From Balanoglossus misakiensis (taxonomy: Eukaryota; Animalia; Hemichordata), in the NCBI GenBank assembly GCA_040954595.2, contig CM082583.2, positions 7,810,849-7,874,848 of the forward strand: a stretch of 64,000 nucleotides of DNA. Reading direction: 5' to 3'. The first letter of the stretch is position 1. The number at the start of each line of letters is the position of its first letter. This document shows positions 26,901 through 42,140 of the stretch, one piece after another. The position numbers were made by a program, and so were the translations under genes. Under the pieces are notes generated by a model. That model did no database searches. It saw only the letters and a list, made by a program, of their open reading frames with translations, and was not told the origin of the DNA.

Positions 26901-29319
26901 GGTTGAACAACCTGTTTTGCATTCAGTGCGGTGGCGCCTTCATCTGACTAATGCCCTTGAAACATCTTTGCATGTCGATGGCTATTTGATTGCTTTTGAA
27001 TATAAAGAAATTGTGATACGAAATTAATTGAACAATGTGTTATCCTTGAAACCCAAGTGTCGTGGATTCTTCGAATTTGGTATAAGATGGTCTTTCGAGA
27101 CACTCTGCGAGGCAAATTAATCTGGTAAAGGTACGGACAGAAAGCGACTTCGTTATTTTTTGTAATTTATTAATGAATTAATTTGTAAAGTAATATAGCA
27201 AGGATACATTCGTAAGATTGATTAGTTGCGACTTTTTTCCAGGCAGCTAAATTAATTTGCAATTCGTTCCAGGCAACTGTATTTGAGCGTCCATCCGTGT
27301 ATTAATATTGTATCACATTTTAATCACTTTAATTCGATCGATTCAGTAATTGATCCCGGTACATTCTGTCTGTCACTCAACTTGCAGACGAATAATAATA
27401 AGTGCAGCCCGCACCTTATGTCCACCGGGCCATCAATCCACCAAGCACCGCTGTAATTATCCACCCACCCATTCTTCATCCATTAATACCCCCCCCCCCC
27501 CTATCCTGTCCGCTCCGAGTTCCCATCAAGGGACGTCCTGCCAACTAATCCCCTGTCATCCGAATAACCTTCAATCCATCCATCCATCCCTGCGTCCCCT
27601 ACTACACCATCCTTCAAGTCATCCGCCCGAAAGGCAGTGAACATTCATCAACATTCCCTTTATCCATGTATTTGCCACGCTTCTAATCAGTCAGCTCTCT
27701 CTCTCCTCTAAGATCACAATGAGAATACTTCACGTGAGAATCCAATCATCTTGAGTGTATGCGCCTTGTCTTAATCCCATACATACGGTGACAAAGACGG
27801 CGTGCTCGTCGGTGTTCATCACCGACTCAAGCCCTATATGACTATCACTCAGGTGCTGAGCGCAGGGCAATTCCGAGCTTTGTAATTTGCATCTATTTTC
27901 AGCGAACTGCAATGCGATCTCTTTTACTCGCCACAAGTGTAAAACTCGCGCCCAGGGATCTATACGTTATCGACTTTCACGTCTACTTGTGGTTTTGATC
28001 GACTGTGTTTGTGATCGATTAGCGGAGCGATCGCTAAAAGTTGGTCTTAGATTTCTACTGAGTGCGTTGATTGCGTGACAATCGCGAGTTCCCCCATTCT
28101 CCTGCACAGTTCACATTTTCCAGGCATATTCATCTATTCGATTCTTTCTAATTAAGGTATAGATTTGCCAGGGCGTCGACCCATCTCCTACGCTGACAGG
28201 ATTCCCTGCATGGGCAGTAAATCCGCGGTAAACTTATTCATTGGGTGTCAAAAGCTTGCAGATGTATACATTCCCAAAAACCCTCTCTTCGGCCATTTTC
28301 CCTCAAAAATACCAAGAATGGATTGAATAACTGTTGATTAATCCCGTATTTGGGAAATTTCTTCAAATGACACAAGTGGTGCTCAGAATGGGCCGGAGTT
28401 ACAGGGGAATGTACTCTTCTGTGTAGGCAGTAACCAGTATCTGACTAATCATTTTATTAAAAATTTGGCTATTGAGAACGCGAGAATTAACAGTGCCCTT
28501 ACAATTTTCTTCGTTCCAGTCATATATGCGGCTCATCGTACATCCCAGTATAAGTGTGTATTGTAAAGGATACTTGGCAATTCATCAATTGTACACGGGG
28601 GTAACTGAAAGAGGGGATTGCCTTCGACTCATCGACGAGTCATGATTGGGTCTCTTTTTTTGTTTCATCGAGTGTGCATGGCGCGGACTATTTTCTTTTA
28701 ATCTGCAGTGTAATAACACAGCTGTGTCAAGTAGATTCTCGAGAAGAAACGGGGATTAGCGTCGGAAGTAGGAAATATCACTTCAAGTCTCTGTCATTGT
28801 CTGCGTTTGCGAGAGCGCCATGGACTCCCGGAATCCGATTTTCTTCTTCAATTTATAAAGTTTAAGCAAAGCTGGAAGACTGACACGTTCGTCCGGTAAT
28901 CTCATCGCTTCCTGTTGTTAAGTTAACGGAATATCCGACCCCTCCAACACACATACCGACACAAAAACTGTTATACGTTCACGTGACCATTAATTACGCG
29001 ATCAGAACGAAATTCGTCCACTACCTGTCAATCAACCCGCGCCGCATTTGCGACTCGGTCACAATGAAACCCCTTCTGGTACCGATTCTCCGATATCTGC
29101 TGACAAGTGAGAAAAATCGCTTTCAACCATTTGACAAATACAGTCGATTAATTTAATAATGTCCTCCCTATTTAATGACAGTGTTAACTTTTCCCATTAA
29201 ACTGTCAGTCCTTCCCATCTAGGTGCATATATCAACCCTTCCGGTCGGACGGACATTAAAATCATCCATTTAGCAAAGTGTATACACATCCCGGTTCATT
29301 CGGACGCTCATTTGCGCAA

Positions 29320-29477
29320 GTGGAGTATATTTTGATTTCTGGCGAAAGTTCATATTTTTATTTTATGAGCATTTTTGCTAATTGCGGGTTGCCATGGGTC
29401 ACACACGTGGAGTAACTTCGAATTCTGGCGAAATTTCATATTTTTCTATTTGGGTAATTTTTGCTTAATATCACGGG
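29320..29477. repeat. Degenerate two-copy tandem duplication, 87-bp period
   Basis: gtggagta...ttctggcgaaa.ttcatattttt...atttttgct...cggg starts at both 29320 and 29407. Confidence 0.8.
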
Positions 29478-32400
29478 AAGTGCGTATAATCGCTGCAGTG
29501 TACCTGTGAATCGTTGTCCGGTGCGTGAAGTGTCACAGTGTATTATACGGGAGAAATTCACCCAGCTTGATAAGTGATATACGAGGATCAACGAACCCGC
29601 GCGTTTCCCTACTTAGATAGTAAATGCACAAATCCGATAAGATACTGACGTGGAATGTAAACTGTACTTTGGAAAGGGGTTGTGTGGTCCCCTGACCTCT
29701 CGCAATGCAAGCAATAACGTCGCCGTAGCTTTCCCCCATAACCATTCAATGCAAACATATTTGAAGGATTTAACCGTTGGCAAACAGGACAAGTGATATT
29801 TATTGAGTGCAAAATCCATATTGCAGACATAGCGACGAGAAAATGGGTATTTTAGTGCACATTGGTCTTTCGTGCACCATACTACTCGAAAAAATGGCAA
29901 ACAAAACTCGTGGCGTCTTCGCCAGTGTTCCCGTCACGAATTAAAGCTAAATTTAAATAAGCGGTAGGTTGCTTTAAATCACATTTTTATCTCGCCAAAC
30001 TTCCTAAAGAATTATAAACCACGAGAATATAAAAAATTAAAATCATAAAAAATTATGAAAATCAGGAATGGCAATCGAATACGGCTGCGTCGGGTCAAAG
30101 CTCCCAAGGCCAGTTTAATAATCACGCGTGCTTTTTGATTTACCTTACCCCTTCTTTCTGTCGGTGTAATCACTGCAGCCTGAGCGGGCTTTGAGCTTGG
30201 CGTTTCCCCCGTGAACTTCATTGATAATCTGCGGAATCTGAGCCAGCGGTAATTTTGGTTCATTACCGGTAAACTGGTCGATAACGGATTCAAAGGGTCA
30301 AATATCTCCCCGTCATGGTCATGTGTGCTCTCGCCGCGGCCCGCAAGTAGTCCCGACAGATTTGTGAGAAATGGCGACCCCCGCCGGTCGGTCACCAGGT
30401 CATGAATATTGACGATGATCGCTATTACGCTCTCTATATGTAAGCATGTGTCAGTGCATGCTTATGTATAATAAAATATTATTACAAGCAATTAGAATTC
30501 AAATTAACAGCGGTTTTGCCGTGCGTGTTTCTGAACTGGAAACGTAAATCACGCATTAACCGCTCAAAGAACCATGAGATTCACCTGTGTAATGTTATTA
30601 TATCTGGTGAAGCCTTGGCAAGGCTTCAGTCTGGTCTGAATTACATATTTGTCGCGTGGCGGGAAATTGCTCATTTTTGCTTGGGGTGAGTGAGTCCTCA
30701 TTGGGACTGTAACATATGGTTCGGTGCGCTCGTAATAACGGAGGGATACTCAGCGCTCTAATTCGGGATTAAGTTTAAAATTAGAATTCGCCGGCAAGCC
30801 AGAGGTGGCATATTCGGTACAGTGAGTGTATATATATATAAGTAGTGGCGTTACACAGAGTGTCTGATTTTAAATAGTCCATTGAAATGAGAAAAGTCGC
30901 TGGGTTTGAAAACATGCCGCGCGTGCAATGATTAAATGAGAGTGTGAGAGATACGGGTCAACTACAGGCGAGCTGAATATTGTGACGGCCAACAATTGCT
31001 TCGGTTGTTTTTATCGCGAGATATCTCCCACTTAGGCACTTAAGAACACGTCGGGTATCGAAGGCATACTTAATACCAGATAGTGTATACAGCACATGTA
31101 ACCTTACAGCCATTGTGAAACACGGTGTCTTTATCCAGTGTATATACGGTGTGTGAATGTATTCTGTCAGATACCGTACCATGGGAGCAATGATGGCGTA
31201 CTTTTGTGACTCGACCGTCCCTAGATGACCACGAGAGCGTAAAATTGATTTAGAATTTCTGTATAGCGAAAACTGGGTTATCATCAGGCCTATACATAAG
31301 CTATTTCAGTGAAACGTCACGCTCAATAATTAATGTCCGCAAGAATTGTGATTCTCTCCCGCGCATATCACCGCCCGGTCATTGGAGAAGGAAGATTCGT
31401 TCTGTTTTAACGTGCCTTGCCGTCAGAAATTCATGAATGCATCATCTACCCCGAAGAAAAAGACAAAATAGCCAATTAATCAGTTTAGTGGACTCATTTG
31501 GCATCGCCTACCGGAGCGATGAAGATGACACAAGATGGGTCTAGACAGACAGTCGCTCGTGCATTAAAAAATAATTATATGATGTGGATATCCGGAGGCC
31601 GTATGTGTCATAGGCTAAGAGGCTAGTGACAAACTCGAATACCTGAATAGTGCAAAAGCACGGAATTACAATTTTTTAAAAACCAAGACAATTTTCTTTT
31701 TCTTTTCTGTTTGTATTTCGCTCGAACGGTTCTATTCTTAGCTCACGTGCATGCGTGTAACACAGACGCGATGTCTGCGGACATTGTACAGATAGGCAAG
31801 GGGTCTGGGAACACTGTCTCCGTAATAAGACTGTCTTCAAGTTTTTTTTTCTGTTGGGTGCATCTCACGCTTATCAAACAAGAGATAGCCCAAATGTCGT
31901 CTGCAGCGTTGTAATTTTAGATGTCTGTCAAGTTTGTACCAGATGTAAACATCTTTGTTTGTCGCCTTTCCTTGATGAATGAGGGGAGTATACGGCGAAA
32001 AAAAAATCGCCCGCCTCTGCCCTCCGTTTTCGCGTTCGACGACTGATCATGAAGAAGATGTCAATTAGGACTGGATGGACGTCAACAAAGGGAATTGCGA
32101 TTTGATAGCACGTGACAAACTGCCTCTAAATACACTGTAGTACTTTTCTCCCTTCAGAAAAATCAACCGAGTGTGGTCCATCGGAGACACGCACTCAAAT
32201 CAAGCAATAATCTCCGAAGAGTCTGCGTTTCGGGGGGGGGGGGGGGAATCCGAGGCTTGTTACGAAATCAGTGTCCGTTCACCTGAAGAACCGGTCCTCA
32301 TTTTGTGAAAGGACTAAATATTGACCCTTACATAACCACTCGCATGACTTCGCTATACAGTAATTATGCTCCGGGGCTAACGAATCACGCAATCTGTAGT

Positions 32401-34298
32401 CTGGAAATTGAGTGTAAGCGGTGAAAATGAAGCCACGATAAAATAGTTGATTAGCAATCTGGTCTCTGATAGTGCAATGTCGGTCAATCTCCCCGTGTCT
32501 AGAATACTGAAACAATGCTTCTGAATATTTGATGAGTAAAAACAGTCAGTCACTGGCAGCATATATGGCTGGCAGCATGTTGCACGAAGTCTTGTTGTCG
32601 TGATGCCCAAGCGATAAAATAAACCATTACAGAAGACGAAACCGGCAGTCATTAGCATTAACTTTAATGGAGTTATGAGTTCACGGGGGTTTCTGCGCTC
32701 ACGTTACATGTGTAAAATAATGGGTTTAACCTGAGAGCAAGCGCACAAGTATTAAAGGCCCATATTCGTTGACATTGGTATTGCTTTAGACATAAACAAT
32801 AGTCATTTTGATGATACTGATGAGATTATAGAATGTAACTCCGGACACTTTATGGACAATTTTGGCTACCTTAAATAGCTTTTACAAAGTGTTAGGGGGT
32901 AAAATCACAGTATGATACGTTGTAGTTGCATTCTGGGTAAAAGGTCGACAACACACTGTTAGTAAGAAGAAGAACTATATATAATTGACTATATAATTTC
33001 TTCCATCTCACTACAGTAAGTTGTCGAAATTTTACCCATAATGCAATTATTATAATGTGAATACCCCCCCCCCCTTTAGCATGAAGTAAAAAACTATTTA
33101 AGGCAGCCAGAATTACAAGAATTTTTTGTGCTGTTAAGCACGAAATCCACAAAATCATAACGACTTTTTCCGATCATTGAAAAGGATGTCAGAGAGCAAT
33201 TCGAAGCCATGTGATTTTACAGAGCCATCCTAAACAACATGAGTACTGGCGGTTAATCTTTTCAATTCCGTTTGAAGGCTTCTTAGGCAGACATTTAACC
33301 GAAATCCCTTTCGTGTTATTGCTTTCGCGGGAGCTTCGTCGAATTTCTTGTAAATGTCGCCGCCTTGACATTTCGAAGCGTGACGTCACCGAACAGCGAC
33401 TGTGTATGGACTACCGTCTTATTACCCAGGTGGTCTGAATAATTGAGTATTTAAGATGCCGTTCTTTTGTGCGGTTCGCAGGAAATTCTTTACATAGCCA
33501 CCGGATCTGCATGTCACGCATTCATAATTCTCCTCTCGAAAGACTGCAATGAGAACCCGCACAGATACGATGTATTTTAAGAATAATAACGACATTTTAA
33601 ATAATTTCAATGAAGTATGATTTCTAAGTAATAATTGTTTCGGTGCGGTGTACATTTACGCAACAGCTGATACGGATGTTCTCGCCGGAACATCATTGTC
33701 ACTAATAATGATTCAGAAACGTTTAGACCCAGATGTGAACAGGTGTCGCGTGCTACAAGTATTCGCAAGACCGAAATAGCACCAAAAGTAAAAAAATAAA
33801 TAAATGTCGCAGTTCCGCGTCATGCAGATTGTTACACCGAAAGAAAGTAGACGAAGAAATCAATTTATTCCGCGTTGCCGGGCAACCGTTCTCTGTGAAT
33901 CGGACCATCGGAAAAGAATGGGTTGCGTCGGATTTTGCTCATCTTGTGTTTTTTTTCTTTCCGCTAACAAAATAGCCAGAGGTCCATACAAATGGTGTTT
34001 TGATTGTGCATCTGCTATCTTTTCTGAAATGTCAGAGACGGCATGCATTCGGAAAAAATGCCCACAGCCACAAAAGGGGGCTTTACCAGTCACACACTAA
34101 TTTGTTACCGTAACGCAGTGTTCTTCCCACCTGCCCGGTAAACTGCCATCCCCGCCGGGCCAGATGGTTTGACAATGCCTTCCATACACTTGCAACATCT
34201 TGTAGGCAGCCCTAACCGATATTAAATTCCCGGTAAAATGTCAGACTAAAAATCTAAGGTAAACCTTTACTTAAATTTGAATACACCCACGTATTGAA

Positions 34299-34340
34299 AC
34301 AATACAATACAATATAACACAACGCAATACAACACAATGC
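34299..34340. repeat. Degenerate pentamer repeat (CAATA/CAACA)n
   Basis: acaatacaatacaatataacacaacgcaatacaacacaatgc. Confidence 0.75.
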
Positions 34341-37300
34341 AGGCGAGGTACAGCATACAAAAAAGTTGTTCCGTGTTTTGAGGTCGAATCGAAGCATACA
34401 GAAATTAGAAAGGTGGGTTACGAACACACGATGTCTGGGAATGTCCAGGTTTCCACATCTTTTGTTCAGGGAGTCGAGGACCCAATCAGCCCCTCCCAAC
34501 AACAGCCTGCACGTTGAATGCCTCAGAAAGAATCTCTTTTTCCGCTCTATTAAATCATCCAGCGTTAGATTGCCGCTAAACCGAGAGATGAAAACACAGC
34601 ACACTTCGCAAATATACTTATGATTGCTTCGCCCTCTAAACTCCAATACTCAGTAACAGTTTCTATAAATAGGTACCCGGGGAATTGCTTTGTTAGAATA
34701 AGAAAAAAATACCTGACTACGTAAATGTCGATCCGCGCTATACAAACCAGTGCCTGGAACTATGATGCAATAATATTCCGTTCGCTAGTCTCCCGGGGAT
34801 GCCTAAGATTGGCGCCCTGAGCTTAAGAACTGGACATTTTCTCAAAACTCTTATTAGTATCTCCCACGAAGCAATTCGACGTAATATACGCTATAATTCA
34901 CTAACAACATATCTATGTTTTGAAAGACGCTTTAACAAAATGCACAGACTGCATAGCAGGAGTCCAATCTAATGCAGCTACCCAGTAATGGTAATACTTG
35001 CTCTCCTCAGGATAGCGTTGACGGACTCCTATTAACCTTTGAAGATTCCAGTGATTCAATCTATTTTACGATCGCGTTGAACTCTTCGTGAAATTTTATT
35101 TTTGTACTGACTGTAACTCATCACATGGCTACGTCTATTCAGTGACATCAATGGTCGGGAGAATCCTTTCACTGTAATTGGCTGGGGTTTCTTTTCTCTG
35201 ACAATGGGGTGCGTGAAGCGTCAAATAGGAAACCCTCCAGGCGAATCCATCCGCGCGTTTGAAGTAATTTTCCGCCCTTCTTTCGGCGTGAAAAACATTC
35301 TCGGTGTTTGTCAAGGAGTGGATGGCGTCTAAATCAGTTCGTTGCTAAACTATCAACGATCATGTCTGACATACAATGCCGTCCTGTTATGGCAACGAGA
35401 GCTAATGCAATTCTGTCCCCAAGTTTATCTTTCTTTGCTGTCTATCCGCTAACTCAATCCGTCAAACTAATTCACATAATGCAGGCTTTAAATTTCGGGC
35501 TGCTAATGTGGTTTACAGCTAAACGCTTCCTTCTTATACAGCGGTTATTAGTTTTGCACGTTATCTTTTGTTTGGGTTTCGAGTTGCGTGTCATCGGCTG
35601 CTGGTTCCTATCTTTGCCTGTCTGTCTGTCTGTTTGTCTCCATCTGCCTTTCTTGAAATACGGGTAAAAAATCTTCTCTGCAAATTCTTACTATGTCCAA
35701 GCATTATAATGTGAGTTGACCCCCTAGCGTGTACGAAAAGAAAACCGTGATTTAGTTAGGGTTCGAGTCCTACCAGATGCTCACATATCATTATTTTATT
35801 CACCCTGTATGCACATTCCGAATAAAAGGGCGACCCGTGTTGTTTTAATGAATAAAAAATAATTTTGAAAGGAAAATACCGAATAGAATAGAATAAAGTT
35901 TCTACAGTAGGCATGTTTACGGATAGGAGACGTTATGACCTACTTGGTCTAATGGCTGGCGATTTAAATTCAAACAAGAAAGCGCAAGCAGTAAAGACAT
36001 TGCAATTACCAGCGTATCACATGTTTGATCGACACAGAGCACTCACTCGTCAATCCAGTTAGTAGTGTTTACAGACAGCATTTAATCAGATGACTCTGTC
36101 GGGAGACTTAATCAGATTAGAAACTATTGCTTGTCGGTAAATTTAGGCAGGTGTAGTCATAACATTATATTCTTCGTACATACATAAACCATGGACGTAA
36201 CGTCCTCCTATGAGCGCCGTTACTTCTCCACACTGACAGTGTCTGATAAAATACCGATAACCCCGTCAGAAAACCCTCTTCAATTAGAAAGCTGACGACT
36301 TTCCAGACTCGAAAAAAGACTGTCAGGGGAAAGCACGTAGTCGCGAGGAAAGAGCAAGGTTACATACAGGGATGCTTAATTGGCCGACTTACACTATTCA
36401 TTATTGGAAAAGTTACACGTTGCCCCCGTTCTGACTAGAACGCCAGTGAACTTTTGCTTCCCCGCCATCGTTTGATCGGAATTAATGCGGTCAGTCGTGA
36501 CAACACATAATTTTCAGCGGCTCCCCTGATGGGAAAAGGTAACTTGACTGATTTTTTTACTTTCTCTGGTCAGATTACTGCTGTTGGGCGAAAGCAATCA
36601 GTGTGACATCACCTTCGAACTGTTACGCATTCGATAGACTCAGAGGGCCGTGGGGAACTTGAACGAAGACACGAAACAAATTGTCCAGGTTGGCGTGCAA
36701 TCGATGGGGGGTATCGGATTGCGCTGGCTGTTTAGCTCGATTTTCGCAGATCGTTACCGAATTAGTGCACCACATAATTACTTTCACGGGTCGTCTGTGG
36801 TTAAAGATACAGACGGTCTATCCATGACGTCTTTCCAGGCAAATAATATTTCCTTTATGTGGTTGAGCAGGGTCGACATTATTAAGGGAGAATGAAGAAT
36901 GTGCGATGCCTGTTCGTTACAACGGAAGTACCCGTATCATTGCTACCTGCATTTCACCCAATTACGCTGATATTTTCAAAGCACTTTGGCACCGCATTAC
37001 ATTTTTCATCCGGTGTATTTTTCACGAAAAAGACACGACCGTAGTATATGTGTAAATACATGTATAGGGTTCATTCCTTTACCGCCAAAGGACGTACACC
37101 AAACCACATCAATATTACGTTAGATCGTCGACGGCTGGTAAATCATTATTTCAGGTTCGATGGTAGCAAGGGTTACAATTATAAGTTTGAATTACACTGG
37201 CCCACGCTCTCCCAAGCTCGAGATTTTGGCAAATGTGCTGTCGTCAGGTGAGCTGCATAGTTGTTGAATGTTCCGCGCGTCGCCATAGAAACCCAATCAG

Positions 37301-38460
37301 TTGGAGGGCACAAAAACAGTTAACATCGTTTCTGTCGACAATTGACGTCCACACTACTGAAACTACTACAATGACCACGTCAGCAAAATTAAATTTTCAG
37401 CGACGACAGCAAACACGTCGTTAACGCTGTAGGTGGACAGGACAACTACAGTGCAAAGCATTAAATGTTTAAGCCATGTTTGTTTGATGAGCTGACACGC
37501 GATAGACGATCTGTCAGGTTTTGATGAACAGAAAATGATCAATACCCTTTTTCCAATGAGACAAACTTTAAGGGTTACAGTCACCTCTAATTTACATACT
37601 GTGCCCCCATATATGGCTAAGTCGTCTAATCTAATGGCCATGTGGTGGCGCGAATTTTTCGCTAGGCCACCAGGAAAAAATCTCTGATTGGCTAGATCTC
37701 TGCTCTCTCCTCCAGACTGGTTCATGGTGTCACAGTTATAATTTACATGTAATTATGTGATGCAATGCCTGCTGTCGTCTCCCAAGTACGTGACCAGGCT
37801 GAACGGTCGCCAATTTACATGCAGACAACGGACGCATGGCGTAGCTAATGACAACATTACGATCCGAGTCCGACGCGGCCTGTGTCTGTTACTTTACAAT
37901 TATGGAAAAGGGACCACATCAAACGCGTGCGATGGTGGTAACGACAGCTTTTAAAATCGCCTTGGCGTGCATAATTTATAATTCACTCCTAAATTGAATT
38001 AGTGACGTCAGATTAGTTGATATATTACAGCACAACACCAGTGCCATACAATTTACAGAAAATAGTACCATCCACCGCTGTTGAATAGATATTATAAAAC
38101 TTAGAGTTTTTGACGTAATTTCCACACCACTGGCCATTTTATTCCGTACTGAACGCATTTTTGTACGACTGTAATAGGGGATGTGATGCGTGCATATATT
38201 CCGGTCGCCAGGTGTTTCGCCTGACATGCCGCGTTCGCTGTTTCATTCCGAAGAGAACAGGAGGCGAACCCTTCCATGATGGATGGCACCGAATAAGTCA
38301 CGTTCCAACGTAATGAGTGACGTGCATAACGAAGTTATTACGGCCACTCTACCATACACAATGTTACCCCAGGCGATTCATGATATCGAGTTCTCCCGGC
38401 GATTTGTGTATGCCGGAAGCAAATTTGTCGCAACTATAGAACAACTATAGGTAATCAATG

Positions 38461-38553
38461 CAGAGAGAGGGTAAGAGAGTGTCACAGAGAGGGGGAGAGA
38501 GAGAACGAGAGAGAGACAGAGACAGACAGACAGACACTGTCTGACGGACGGAC
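38461..38553. repeat. (GA)n/(GACA)n compound microsatellite
   Basis: gagagagagacagagacagacagacagaca...gacggacggac. Confidence 0.8.
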
Positions 38554-41500
38554 AGCTGTGGCTCTCTGTTAAGGCAGAGATTTTATCATTCGCTCACCGA
38601 CACAGAACGGACTTTTCCAGCTGTCACGTCACTTTCTTACAAGTATACAACAGGCAAGTGATGCGATTACTGTTTGATCAGACGCTGGCATGTTTACAAG
38701 GATTGCGAACGTACCGCAGATGATTTTGCAACTTAGCCGGAAACTTTGAAATTCATGGCCGAATGTCAACCGGCAATCCTGAGTGAGTAACCCTCTCTAA
38801 GAATTTGACATTAAGCCTTTAGCCGTGCGTCCAATTTTGGCAGGTGTTAGCGCGGCTGAGAAATATATTTTTACACGGAAAGATTGAGGACGAGTTTAAA
38901 CTGTAAACTGAATGTCAAACGTACTTTTCTTCCCGACTCAAGCGAGCATTTAATATTTATAACGTTCAATTTGACGGCGGAACGATAGCTATGTGTACTT
39001 TTTGCCGTTCTCATCCATCACAGGCCATCGTTTTTATTAAAAGTCGTCATATTTGTAAATGGCTCATTTCAAAATCCAATTTTGAATAATAGATGTTCAA
39101 TAAACGCAGACTGTGAGTCTTAGAGGGTGCAAGGTACAGCAACTCCGACCTTCACATAAGGCAGAGCGACCTGAACAGAACGCGCAATTTACACGACCAA
39201 TCACCGTGGCCAACATCGCAGACGGAGTGCAAGACAGAGAATGGGCAACAGTCGCTCATTTTAATATTTGTTGATGAAAACTTGCAGAAATCATGGTTGA
39301 TGCACGAAACTCAGTACTGGAGAAAATAACCTTTAAACTGAGCCGTTGCCGGTGATGCGAATACACGAATGATTTAAATTAGCGAGAGCGGATCAAAAAG
39401 AATAGAAGAAGGTCGTTTGGCAGCATATGTCAAGGCCAATTGTATTAAACCGCTCCTGATCCTTTGCCGCTCGCCGCGTTTGATCATCGACAGAGTAGAG
39501 CCACCTTTGGGACCGTATGATTTCACCGTCGAATCAATTATTTGAGAGTTCAACAAACCTGGCGCAGAGGAGAGAGACTCCTTCTGCCACTATTAATAGT
39601 CGCGCTGTAAATTAAAAGAAAAGAAAGTCCGTCTTGGAGAATGCTTAATCGGGCAAAACGTCAGAGTCACGGGCAAGCTGCAGTTATTAAGGCGCTCAGT
39701 AATCCTTAATACGCGCACTAATCAGGTTTCCCGCCACACGTCAAGCATGAAAATGACTGAAAACAGATTGGACTACATTTTAATTGGCAGTGTAATGTTG
39801 TTTTTCGTGGGAAGGAGAAGGCCTAACTTGACCCATGGCTTCGAAGTACGTTCACCCGTGTATTCTGCTTGAGTTTGGTATTATATAGAAGCCTATGGTT
39901 CCAAAATCCCAATCCTCGACCCAGTACTGTAGTAGCGATTCTTAGTTTTGTACTCGTAGTTTAATAAATTAAATCTCGTGTGTCTTGACAAAAAAAGTTT
40001 TGTGGGCAGTTGGAATTTGACATTCAGCGGCAACCTCAAAGGTAGCTAGACTCAACTGATTCACAACAGGACGGCAAATCAACTAGTGTTGTAGGGCACA
40101 GTGTTTAAAAAGTTGCAATTTAAAGGAAATGGGGTGGAGTTGATGACATTATTGTGGAAAATGAAAAAAAGTAATATGAGTCTACAAGATCTGCAGGGCG
40201 GAATTGGGAGAGCGAAGGTTGACTATACAGTTCTTTCGTCATGGGGTAAACCTACTTCAGGCGTGCTCCTTGCGCTTCTACCACTGGGGGCGCTCTTCCC
40301 TATTTATTCAGATTTGCATACCCCCCCCCCCCCCTCTGCTCCTCCTCTCAAAAAGCCAGGACTTTCATTCTTTTGTTTCGGTGAATACCGGATTGGATTT
40401 TTCAAAACGCTACTTCACTTTCCAAAGACCCCCAAAGCTCCAATAACGTACATGCAGTGTTTATTTTCATCAGAATTTTTTGAGCTGTAGAAATTACTAG
40501 GTAATCACCTACTTAGCGGTGCATGGTTGATTCGATCCTTCTGCCGGAACTATTATCTCAACTACTTGTGCGTGCAAAGTAACCGAAATTCTCTCTCTTG
40601 TATATTGAGAATGCCGTGCCGTGTTTGTACATGAAATGACAAAACAACCGTGTACAACTTTGGAAATTGTGGTGATGTATGAAAAGGTCCCCAAGCCTCT
40701 TGCGTTTATTCCAACAGGAAGTTAATTGTTTGTCAAAGAATATTTCGACATGGCATTGGGTTTTAGATGCTTCATAACTGAAGTCGTGTTCATAATGAAT
40801 TCTTTGCTAGCCTCAAAAGCAATCTCATTTTCGCTCACTATAATCTGCCTATGCTCTATTTATTCTTACGTAAGTCTATCGAGTTGTTGTTGCGAATTTT
40901 TCTAGTGGCATTGTTGTCCGAAATTGAAGTGGCGGTGGCTATACCCGAGTTTGTTGCGTGCCGCGGTAATAGTGATTATCTTCGCAAATACAAACGCGCC
41001 AGTCCGCTTAGACTGACGAAAGCGTTGCTAAGTAACAGGCGCACTGAACGAAGGGCATGTCATCTTTAGAAAGACGGAATATCTTTCGGCGAAATTTGGG
41101 GTAAAAGATATCGAAGTATACATCTTCCGATAAGTTGTCGCTTCTCTGAATTCAGGATCCCGACGATTTCATCCGCAGCTATATGCGGCCGCTCTCTCCG
41201 ACATGAAAAGCCCTCGAGTCCTGGAAACGGCAACCTTGTCTCCTCGAGCTCCGGAGGCGTTGGCATGACAACGTAGAGGTGCTGCGACGAATGCTGTCGC
41301 GATGACTGTGAGCAAAATTGCTGGCAAAGAAATTCGGCCAGTGATTTTCCTTTCAGGAAACAATACCGCGAGTCCGATATTGATTTTATAGTTTGATATG
41401 AAAGGGGGGAGCGTGACTCGAAAATTACTGTCTGGAGGCCCAACTGATTAAAAGAGTGACCAAATTTTCTACGCTGAACATCTGTTAAGTTTTCTAGTAG

Positions 41501-42065
41501 ACGGTGACGGGTGATCGCCCCTACTTGTACTTAAAATTTTAATTACTATGAAAATTTTCAGCTGCCTGATCCTATCATTTGACTCCTCCGTAGCCGTAGG
41601 CGACATTAAATCTCCAAGAAAGAAGGGAGACGCTTTGATTTCTGTCACGTATCCCTCATTCACCAAGTCAGTGTAATCTCTGTACGTAGGATATTGATTA
41701 TTGGCAGTTCCTAGCCTGCCACGTAAAAAGGCAACGTCTGATGTATTGAAAATATTGTGTGGAGTGTTACAAGAAAGGAAAAGTTCACTCGTAGGGAAAT
41801 GAAATAAATATTGTCCACTCTGACACCAGACTGTTGTGCCGTTTTACTTTCCATAACGTTTATAGGGGCATTCAAATGCACAGCAACGTGTTTCGAAACA
41901 GTACTGCACTTGTCTACCGAATGTCGTCATTACTGATTACGGCGTTCACACAGCGTCGTCTGTCTGCATGAAGTCGTGCAGTGCAAGCATAAGTCAGCCA
42001 ATTTCTGGTGGACGTGTCACCGTTTTCTCTCATTTTTTGCACGGTACTGCACCAGACAGATCGAT

Positions 42066-42140
42066 GCAGCACAGCACGACACCACACAACACAATACAAC
42101 GCAGCATAGAATAGAACAGAACAGCACAGCACAACATAGC
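42066..42140. repeat. Degenerate pentamer repeat (CAGCA/CAACA/ATAGA)n
   Basis: gcagcacagcacgacaccacacaacacaatacaacgcagcatagaatagaacagaacagcacagcacaac. Confidence 0.75.

Noticed and set aside
35755-35776. Pol III B-box-like ggttcgagtcc (tRNA or SINE)
   Set aside because: No convincing A-box, cloverleaf or good T-stem.
37643-37695. GC-rich hairpin tggtggc-gcgaa...ttcgc-tag-gccacca followed by ctag (Helitron-like 3' end)
   Set aside because: Imperfect stem, spacing to CTAG longer than typical, and no other element evidence.
40281-40294. CTCF-like motif ccactgggggcgct (also ccgccagaggcgc at ~418)
   Set aside because: Each is one base short of the core consensus and not distinguishable from chance.
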